DNA from: Eledone cirrhosa
Taxonomy: Eukaryota
DNA length: 64,000 nt
Assembly: GCA_964016885.1 (NCBI GenBank)
Contig: OZ024743.1
Location: 105,648,001 to 105,712,000, forward strand
Reading direction: 5' to 3'
Of the stretch, positions 53,301 to 64,000 are shown in pieces. The notes beneath the pieces are model-generated. The model searched no databases. It had not been told where the DNA came from and worked only from the letters and a program-made list of their open reading frames with translations. How positions within the stretch are numbered: position 1 is the stretch's first letter; each line of letters begins with the position of its first letter. The translations under genes and the position numbers were made by a program.

Positions 53301-55178
53301 AAATACCCATCCTCCAAATTTAGAGAATATAAAAGATTTTGTTATTTTAATAGGTATAAGATTAACATAGTATTCATTCTCCAAGGGTTTGCTAATTATT
53401 CACACAGCGTAGATGATGTTAATTTGTAATACTTCATTACGAGTTCTCGTTTAATATCATATTATTTTAGATCAGGTGCTTTTCAGGTGCTTTTTACATT
53501 TACATTTCACATACAATCATATGAATGATTTTCAATCGGATATCCCATATCCACAGCACATAAAGTAGGAGAAGCTGTGGGTATATTATTGCCATTTCTG
53601 TACCCTTAGATTCATCCATCTTCAAGAATCAAAATCATATACATTTCACATTTAATTTTATCACCATGTTATATAGATTTTCCTCTATTAAATTGTCAGT
53701 TAGGTAATGAAAGTTTCTATATTGAACTATATGAATATTCATCTACTTCTTTTCCTTTGGATCTTTAATGCGTTGAGTTATTTCGCGCAACAAAAAAAAA
53801 AACAAAACAAACATATTTCATGTCTTTAATATGTTTCATAACGATTTATGAACCTCTAAACTATATATGGTGTTTTAATATTATATGATTACGGAAAAAT
53901 AATATAATTGTTCGGTTACCCTTTGACATTCAAACATCATATCGTTGAGATTTTCATATATCTTTATCACAAAATGGCATTTAACACATTATTGGCGTCT
54001 TTTTATTTCTGTTTTTAGAACATTTGCTCTAATTACCAATTCATACTAAATCCTGTCCTATTTTAATTATTCGTTTCCTGAAAAATTGCTAATGTAACAT
54101 AAATGTTTCCTTCCGGTTTTCGAATGTCTCCTTTTAACTATATTGGTTTGCTTTCAATTAAATTGCTTTAAACAATATATCTCGTCTCTATCAATCAAAT
54201 GTAAATAGAATACGCATCATTTGTTCTTGATGTGATTGGTATAGCATCATTTTCATTGTTTTCCCTCTCTCGTGTTTCACTTGGTTTCTACGTATGTAGT
54301 TATCGGATTATTTAAATGTATATGGAAAGTTATTTTCTCTTGTCCATGTTGTAAATGAGTGTGGCCGAGGGATATTTTTGCTCGTATGAACAGTACAAAT
54401 TGTATAGTTCAAACACATAACAATAAGTAGTAAATCTCCATGCAAACATAATATTTATATTTCATTAAATTCATTCAGTCCAAGAAGATTTCAGTATGGT
54501 TTCCCTATATCACATACGATATTTATGTAGTATATGGTTTACAATTATGCCAATAATAAAACTAACATATATTGAAATTGTTCTTTGGAAACAAATCATG
54601 AATAAAACGCATAAATATATGATTTGATAGAGGAAAGACAAATCAAAGCTTATAGAGAGATACATTCTGTTGCGGTGCTTTCAATGATGAACTATAGGGA
54701 AGAGAAAAAAACCTGTTTACAAGAGAACTACTAAAACACTACGTGTACAGGACAGAAAAATCCTAATTCTTATCATAAAGGATACAAGAACAAAGCCAAC
54801 ACATGAATTAAGACTCTATCATGGATAAACAAAGTATTTGAGACGATTTGTAGCGTTTGTCACTAAACAAGAATTATCTTTCGTATAAAACTATTTTAGG
54901 TTATAATTATTCAACAGTTTTCATTGGATTGTATAATGCTGGTAATAAAAAATAAAATAAAAGAAAAAATTAAATAGTGAAAGTAAGGGAAAGCGGGAAA
55001 GAGCGACATATCTCAGTCTAAGCGACACACCATAAATGCATACGTCAATAATATAGCGAATGCATTGCAACCGCAGAGAACAGCCAGCAATGATTATTTC
55101 ATCGGACACTCCACCTTACGGTTGTTGCACTTTTACTTTTGCGGGGGAAAACGGCTATTCATAAACACTAGAAGTCAC

Positions 55179-55413
55179 CTCTGCCACCGAAAAGTAAATG
55201 GTCGGTTAAGTCTCTGTATTTGACTATCATCCTCTCTTCCACGTTACGGGCGGCATTGCACGCGTTCGTGGTTAAAGTGAATATGTTGAGATGTGGCGTC
55301 CCAGTGAAATGGAGTATTACGTCTGCGTGATTTCCATCACCACGGTCGTGCTTGGCAGGCTTCAGTTGGGATGGAAAACCGGCCACATGAAGACTCCTTC
55401 TGGTAATGTGACT
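55179..55413 (-). other. Candidate 235-nt exon in a unique, GC-richer island
   Basis: Acceptor ttctgttccctgtgtgcaccacgtag, open frame SHITRRSLHVAGFPSQLKPAK..DHLLFGGR, donor AG/GTGACT. No family recognised. Confidence 0.25.
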
Positions 55414-56426
55414 CTACGTGGTGCACACAGGGAACAGAATTCTAGATGATGTAAAATGTACAAACTAGTATCAAGACAAAAGCTTCAACAAAAAACATAT
55501 TCTTGACGTATTCGTCACAAAATACCTGTGATTTTCAGACATTTATCAAGTCATTTAGTAATGTTAGTAGCAACAACAACAACAGTAAAACGCAAACAAA
55601 ACATGTGAGGTGTGTTGACTCGCTAGACGTTACTAATTTACCAAACGTTACTCATTTTCTCAATGTATTTTTGCTGGATGTTATTTGAAAGTTCATAGGG
55701 TTTTTATCTTTTTTATGTTAATGCCTATACTAATATGTTTAGTATGCAGAAACATTAGCGTTTTACAAATTGTAATATTGATCCTTTATTTTCAGGGCAA
55801 ATATCAAATCAAACTAACATTTTCTTTCATCCTTCTGTTTTTGATATCTTTGTGAAATCTGCGTCAAATGATTCACTAGGCGATATAACTTACACTACAA
55901 AATACAGCCTTGTGTTTGTGTTTGGAAAAAAGAAAATCGATACGATATCAGACAATGGTTAAGCCATTTTATTTAAGTTTGCTTTAAAGATGATAATACT
56001 ATTCAGAAAACTGATTTTCATAGTCATTAAAAGTAATAAAAAGTTATATATAAGACAATTAGTTAACTGATTACTTATTTATTACATAGACTGATTTTCC
56101 AATAAAAAGATTATAGTTCATTGACTGGACCCTAATGTCTTACAGCTATTTGCTTTAAACATCATTATGTAGGTACGTGTTTTGAGGCTGGTCGTGAGAT
56201 CAATTCAGACCGGCACATTGTGCCATTCAGCAAGAGAAGTCATTACCTATGTTAATGACTAGTGCTAGGTCTCCCGTTCTATTATATCTTCCCCAGTATT
56301 TCCCACAGAATAGATTTTGGTGGGCAGAATAGGGTTACAGAAATTGCCCTTCTGTCAGAGACTAAACAAAACAAAAAAAAAACGTGTTAGCATTTCTTTC
56401 GCAGATGATCGCCTTTTACACAAACG

Positions 56427-56579
<153 letters not shown>

Positions 56580-56729
56580 GCATACACATGCACAAATACT
56601 CTCTCTCTCAAACACGCACAAACATATGATATTGACTGACATGAGTATGAGTACTGAATTCGAAGTAGAGTCCAACACATTTCTTTTATTATAGCTAAGT
56701 CAAGACTCAGCACTTAGCCATAAGAAAAG

Positions 56730-56765
<36 letters not shown>

Positions 56766-56793
56766 TGTAGTTCCACAATAGTTAGTTCACCAT

Positions 56794-56836
56794 ACCGAGA
56801 ACAAATGTTTCATCTTATGCGGATCTTCAGCTCGGT
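56794..56836 (-). ncRNA. Minimal type I hammerhead ribozyme with weak stem II
   Basis: Minus strand: accgag CTGAAGA tccgcataagat GAAAC attt GTT ctcggt. Confidence 0.65.
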
Positions 56837-56862
56837 CTGAGTGGAGTTGTACGGAAAAACAA

Positions 56863-56939
<77 letters not shown>

Positions 56940-56943
<4 letters not shown>

Positions 56944-57428
56944 GTCGTTTGGAAGCCTCGACAATGCAGATTGGTAAATCTCCGGGCAACAAGATCCGGT
57001 GATGGAGAGAGAGATGTAAGTGGGTGTACGTTGAGAAACGTGGTGTGTATAAGATGTGTAGTGGAATGAAGGAAAGAGCGTAAAGGATAAAAATAAAAAT
57101 AACAACACGAGAGAGAGTTACCTTGGGAGAGATTTAATTGTCCCTATATATTTCGGATTCACATCCATTAACTGGGGTTTTTTCCGGGGTGGGTTAAAGG
57201 TTGTCTGTCGGAAAGGTGCGAAATATATAGGGACAATTAAATCTCTCCAAAGGTAACTCTCTCTCGTGTTGTTATTTTTATTCTTTACGCTCTTTCCTTC
57301 ATTCCTCTACACGTCTTATACACGTCACGCATCTCAACGTACACCCACTTACATCTCTCTCTCCGCCACCGGATCTTGTTACCCGGAGATTTACCCATCT
57401 GCATTGTTGAGTCTTCCAAACGACTTAA
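56940..57428. mobile_element. Fold-back element with about 210-bp inverted arms
   Basis: 56940-57153 is the reverse complement of 57219-57428. Confidence 0.88.
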
Positions 57429-57648
57429 AGAAATTTACCTTATTATTCCACAATACTTCAAGCAAACTGCTGCATTAAGTGTGGCCGAAATTCGAGGCCG
57501 GGAACTACTATAGGGACCCGTTTACGTGTGTTGTATTGAAGCGAATAACTATGTGTATACTGTGGGAATTTATTCTACATTAGCTATTGAGTACGCTGAG
57601 ATACAACCGGTCCAGGCATTGATAAATATGCTGGGTCCGTCAATTCTT

Positions 57649-57693
<45 letters not shown>

Positions 57694-58486
57694 TACATAT
57701 ATATATACATACATATATATATATATATATATACATGTATACGTGTGAATATATATGTGTACGTGAGTATGTGTGTGCGTGGGTTGGTGTGTTTGCATAT
57801 GTGGATGTGCGTGTCTGAGAGACAAGTAGACAAATAGAATGGACATATATATCGATAAATAGGTAGTCAAAAGAAAATGAAAGTTAAATAATAATGTTAA
57901 CAGCCATTTGTATATACTGATTAGTATTTGTGTCTCTTTGCATATATCTAACTCTCACTCTCGCTCTTTCCTTCCCTTTTCCCTCCATTCTCTCTATATC
58001 TGTATGCCCTGTCTAGAAGCCCACCCTTTAATTTTAACTTTGTTATTAGACATTCTGTTCACTATCATTTAAAATAAGAAGTTCGAAAGCCAGTAAGTCC
58101 TCACTGTAGATCAGAAACAGCGATGAAGTATATACCCGTATTCTAATCACAACCATAGCTACATAAAATAGAGTCTGACAGCTTATATGTTGAACATCAA
58201 ACAAACACCAAATTAGTTGTTTCATCTCACCTATCATTTGATGTGTCGTTCATATTCAAGTGTAGAGCTCTCTGGTCATAGCGGGTTCACATACAAGCAC
58301 AGATTGACACGCACGTACATGCAACGGCACACATACACACACACACATACACAGATACTCACACACATACATACATACACACAGACACAAACTCACAGAC
58401 ACACATACACATACACACACACAAATACAGACATATAAAGAAGCAAACTGACACATTCAGAAACATGCTTGTACACACACACACAC

Positions 58487-58585
<99 letters not shown>

Positions 58586-58714
58586 TATGTATATATATAT
58601 ATATATAAATATATATATGTACAATAATTATATATACGTGCACACACACACACCCACAAAAAAATATATATATATACATTTACAGACAGACACACACAAT
58701 TATACACACACGCG

Positions 58715-58748
<34 letters not shown>

Positions 58749-59126
58749 TGGGTGATTTGAAGATCGATCAGTTGTTAGTCATAATAATTTTCATTGATAA
58801 CCCTAATTATTTTGTTCAATATTACCAGTACATCTCTGATTCTGTAGGTGTATTACACTGTTACTAGATTCATTCCATTTAACATTGTGTATGATGGTGA
58901 GTGGCCCTATGTTGCAGTACCAGAGATGCATGAAGTACCTTGTGATAATGTGAACTCGGGAAATTATTGATATATTTACACCTAGTAAATTCTAATTCTA
59001 GTGGAGTGCTTAAATCCCTTCCTCCCGCCTCTTTTGGACAACATATAGGACGTACGGCGAATTGTTTTACTGTGGTGGCAGACAAGCGTAATGTAATATT
59101 GTGAATTGGCGCCGCAGTCGGGATTT

Positions 59127-59204
<78 letters not shown>

Positions 59205-59953
59205 ACTCTCTCTCTCTCTCCTCTCTCTCTCTGTATGTATATATATATATATATATATATGAAAAATTCAGGAGCCCGACGGCTTAGCTCCGGCCGTTGG
59301 GGTCCTGACAATTTTCATATTACCCATTCTACTAATCTACCCATTCAGTACTCTGGTGCGTTATGTTCCACCTGGTATATTACCGCACCCTCTTGGTTGT
59401 TATATATGTATTTTCTTTCCTGCATACATTCTTGCATACATACATGCATACACAGATACTTATGTAAATACATACATACATACATACATACATTTATATG
59501 TACACATATGCATACACATGTATATGTCTATAAGCATTTGTTAACGCTAAAGCCATTGACTTAGAGTGTTGACAATATTATTGGGTTTTACATATAGTGA
59601 ATATTTTCCATATGGCTGGGATAATTGATGCAACACATTCTTCGAGATGTATTTTTGTTATACTTAGATAAGTTTTAATTAGATTCAGATTGTAAATGTG
59701 GTGAGAAAATTGACTTTGACGATATTTTGTTTTCTCCAAATCTATATACATTTCTTTATATACACTCACAAGGTGCGCCTGATCTACCAGTCTCTTTCTG
59801 TATCTGTCCTCTCCCCTAGGTATCTTTACGTATCTGAGGTATTTGTTAATAATTTCGGCATATTCAGAAGCGAATGTACAATATTTGTGTCGTTATTTGG
59901 ATACGTTTGTATCAATTATTTGTGATGTCCCTTTTGCCTTCCGCTTAATATAT

Positions 59954-60068
<115 letters not shown>

Positions 60069-60340
60069 TATATATCAATCTTTTCTCTCTCGTCTCTTAA
60101 TCCATGGCTCAGAGTGGCCCAGCAGTAACGCTGGTAGGGATCGAATCTGCCAAGCTGCTCCTCAACAGCTGATGACCCTGGACTTATGTGTCCCTCGTTT
60201 GTATTTTATTTTTAATAAATTAATATTTTAAGTTTTCCTCTTAAAAATCTTTTCCGTTGGTTGTCTTGCCCTCTCTTTGTTATTTTATTTAAGTTTATCA
60301 ATGTGTATTACATACATATATATATATATGTATATATATG

Positions 60341-60457
<117 letters not shown>

Positions 60458-60599
60458 ATAATAATAAAATTGAAGACTAAAATCCAAAGAGGGCTCGATA
60501 AGGAAAAATATATATCAGAAGATCCCGTTAAGGGTGAAAGCAGCGATTCTTTGCTTAAACTTTAATCTGTTATTTTAATAAATATATATATGTATATAT

Positions 60600-60631
<32 letters not shown>

Positions 60632-60656
60632 ATATATATGTGTATATATATATATG

Positions 60657-60752
<96 letters not shown>

Positions 60753-60762
60753 TACATAATAT

Positions 60763-61209
60763 ACTAGACCCGAAAAATGCGCAAGCTCAAAAGAGCCACA
60801 GAATGTTATAATAAACCTTCAAAAGTGTGGGACTAGAGTTGTTGCTCAAATATAGTGTAATCATTATCTATCGTACACTCTGTAGGAATCCTTTTATAAA
60901 AAAGAGACTCATAACGAACTCAAGACGACACGATAGTTATTTAAGCTAATGTTCAATATCTCATATTAGATGTTTAGTAATGATTAATACGAAATGCGCT
61001 TAAACCGAATTCTATATTATAAATTCACGTAAATAATTATCGTATCGTCTTGATTTCGTTATGAGTCTCTTTTTTATAAAAGGATGTCACAGAGTGTACG
61101 ATAGATAATGATTACAATATTTTTGAGCAACAACTCTAGTCCCACACTTTTGAAGCTTTATTATAATATTCTGTGGCGCTTTTGAGCTTGCGCATTTTTC
61201 ATGTCTAGT
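60763..61209. mobile_element. Fold-back element with about 180-bp inverted arms
   Basis: actagac..aaaaatgcgcaagctcaaaag / cttttgagcttgcgcatttttcatgtctagt. Confidence 0.88.
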
Positions 61210-61799
61210 TTAATATTTTGTTAAGGCAACGCTTGTAATAACTCTAGTAAAATATGATATGTATTAATAATAAATTATCATTGTAATATAATTAGATTAT
61301 ATAATTGTTATTTTATAAATGATATTATAACTATTATTGTAAGATGTATAAAAATATGTTCAGACTCTTAATATAAACAACTACAATAAACAATCAATAT
61401 TAAATAAATATATTTTACATAATAATTGTTATAGTTGAATTAATAACAATTAAATATTACATACAAATAGTGTAACATAATAATAAAAAATAATCTAACA
61501 TAATAATAATAAAATAATCTAACATAAAACGAACAATAATATGGACAAATATACAAGTAAATATGATACAACCAATATTATAAGCATGTTATAACGAACA
61601 GAAAAAAAAAGATAGTTAATATAAATTAAAAAAATCATATGTAAATTAACAATATAACTTACCAAAACGAGGAAATATTTTGATGTTAAACGACGAAATG
61701 CAGGAGGAAGATGCGAAAGCGAAACGATAAATAAACGAGGAAAGAAATTGGCGGGTGCTTTTGAGCAACAATTACTCTCATTGGTTGATTAGCCAATAA

Positions 61800-61848
61800 G
61801 GGTGGAAGGAAGTGGTAGGATGAGACATCCTACCACTTCCTTCCACCC
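61800..61848. repeat. Perfect 23-bp hairpin with a 3-nt loop
   Basis: gggtggaaggaagtggtaggatg-aga-catcctaccacttccttccaccc. Confidence 0.95.
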
Positions 61849-62400
61849 CTATTTTCTTCCTCGTCTGCTTTTCCCCTTTCGCCCACTCCGATGCAGTCAA
61901 TCGTGCCTCTGTAGCATCAGTGCCCCCACCCCTGTAATTATAAGATAGAATTGGCCGATTAAGTTTTACTAACTACTTATAGCAGATGTGTTCGACCCCT
62001 TTAATTTTGTATCAGTTTTGTTACTACTCAATTTCTACAAGTTTTTTTTTATTCTCAACTTATTAACCTGTAATTGTAAGATAGCATTGTGATTTTTTTA
62101 ATTCATTTCTCACTATCTAATTCTCTATATTTTTTATTTATTTCTATTATCTTTTATTGTCTCCTACTCTCATTCGAATTACCTTTCCATAACATACCAC
62201 CTCCATTTCATACACTATCCTTAGAATCTGCTGTATACATATCACTTTCAACGCTTGACCACTCCACTCACTCCCCTATTGTTCTACAGGCAAATTCAGC
62301 CACCCCTACCTGCCACCAACTGCCATGATAGACTTATTTGTGTTTACAACACATTTTAACCAATTCTTTTGACAACTACAATCTTCTAATATAAGGAAGT

Positions 62401-62484
62401 ACCCCCTTGACAAGATCGGTTATTTATTCACCAGGCTAAAATTCTAATTTAGTCCAGAAACGGCTTGAGCTCTGCCGTCGGGAT
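62401..62484 (+). ncRNA. Decayed, non-palindromic HHR of the 1575-2567 family
   Basis: accccc TTGACAA gatcggttattt..agtcca GAAAC ggc-ttgagctct-gcc GTC gggat. Confidence 0.6.
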
Positions 62485-62518
62485 CATACTTTTTCCTATA
62501 TATATATATATATATATA

Positions 62519-62700
62519 CAGTGGCGGACTGACCAGGTTGTCAGGTTGCCCAATGGCATGTGGGCCCTGGAGGGCTCACGGTAGAGTTGCATGAGCCCAC
62601 ACTAGCATTGCAGGGCCCACTGTAATATTTTAGGGGCCAATGCATTGCTTTCAAATAATACCTGGAATCAAAGAGAAAGAATAATCTTTTTTTAAAATGA
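62519..62700 (+). mobile_element. hAT-like DNA transposon end fragment
   Basis: Starts CAGTGGCGGACTG right after (TA)n, with GC-rich gggccc subterminal motifs. No partner TIR in the window. Confidence 0.55.
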
Positions 62701-64000
62701 ATAAAACAATTAAGGAAATCATTTGGTCAACCAATTCCCCAGGCAATTACTAGAAACTAAAATATATGATAGTGCAAATAGCTGGAATCGGTGGTTGTAC
62801 ATTCTAGTAAATCTAAAGCTTAGTGTATTCATTCATGCATGCAAACATACATTTATAAACTGGGACACACAAGCATATATATGAACTACTGACCAAATAA
62901 TATTTGGTATCAAAGGGTTAAAGACATCTGTCAAATACTTTAGTGGTGAAGGTGGTGTATATATGTATATAATAAGATATCTATGATTAGATAGAGAGAT
63001 GTATACACACAACCCCCCCCCCCCCCCACACACACATATATATATATATATATTGAGTGAGTGTGAAAGACCAAAGTTCAATATTGACTGTCTCTGGATT
63101 TCAGCAAAATACATATTTTTCTGTTTTTATTTTACAACCCATAAAAAAAACTGAAACATTGAGTTACGGCCCTTTACGATCTGAGTTCAAATCCTGTCGA
63201 GGTTAACTTTGCCTTTCATCCTTACGTAGTCGATAAAATAAAGTACCAGTATTGCGCTGAGATAATTGGTGGCTTTGTGCCAAATGTAAAAACAATTATT
63301 ATACAAATATCCTAGTTATTATGATTGTTGATTTAGGAATACTATATATTTTTGTTGTAATTGGATGTATATATATCTGTATATATATATATTTGCTCTA
63401 CGGTTCTTATATATTTGATATATATTTATCCTTATCGAGCCCTCTTTGGATTTTAGTCTTCAAATTTATTATTATTACTATATCATATATATATATATAT
63501 AAACATATATATATGTGTGTGTATGTGTGCGTGTGTGTTTCAGTGTGTTTCTGTGTTCGTGTGACTGTGTATGTGCGTGTCTGTGCGTGTTTGTATGGAA
63601 AATAACTTTATTCCCATGGAGAGAAAATTAAATATGACAAGAACAATAGAAATAATCCATTGCCGCATTGACTGCTTCATGATTCAATATCATTCGATTG
63701 TTGTATTATCGTATACATGTATTGACTTTCATAGTTAAGACTCAGATATATTTATTAAGAAAATATAAATAGAATGTGAGTGGGCATTATAGAAACATTA
63801 TGATTAAAAAAATGAGTCGGAGTGTTAGTCTACTTATTATTTTGCTATATATATATAAAGTATACCACAACATATATACACCCAAAAATAAGTTAAATGG
63901 CGAAAATAAGTAAAAGGGTGGGCGGATCGTCAAACTCAATGCCCCAGTCTCAGCTGAGTAATATAACCTACTTAGAGGGGCGGAGACTGCCCCTCTCTCC

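Overview
AT-rich, microsatellite-saturated eukaryotic DNA with no intact host protein-coding gene that I can support. The SINE families and the (TA)n/(CA)n load resemble an octopod cephalopod genome; this is an inference from memory, not a database result. The window is almost entirely transposon-derived. It contains: a decayed full-length CsRn1-clade Ty3/Gypsy LTR retrotransposon (9334-14740, minus, tRNA-Trp PBS); an internally deleted Tx1/L1-type LINE; RTE and RLE-type LINE fragments; two Penelope-like (PLE) GIY-YIG fragments; two non-autonomous Helitron-like elements; many tRNA-derived SINEs of two families; and a hAT-like end. The main hidden signal is a dense set of type I hammerhead ribozyme (HHR) motifs read by eye. 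About a dozen have recognisable CUGANGA/GAAA cores and several more are decayed, and they appear to come from at least 8 sequence families. Nearly all lie in short non-coding elements embedded in (TA)n tracts, built as an inverted stub plus tail or as tandem repeats (units of about 467, 549 and 699 bp). This suggests a diverse population of PLE-mobilised, retrozyme-like elements, some of which mimic MITEs or have been converted into perfect palindromes. Most ORFs in the supplied track are microsatellite artefacts. All folds and alignments were done by eye, and element boundaries are approximate unless a motif is quoted.
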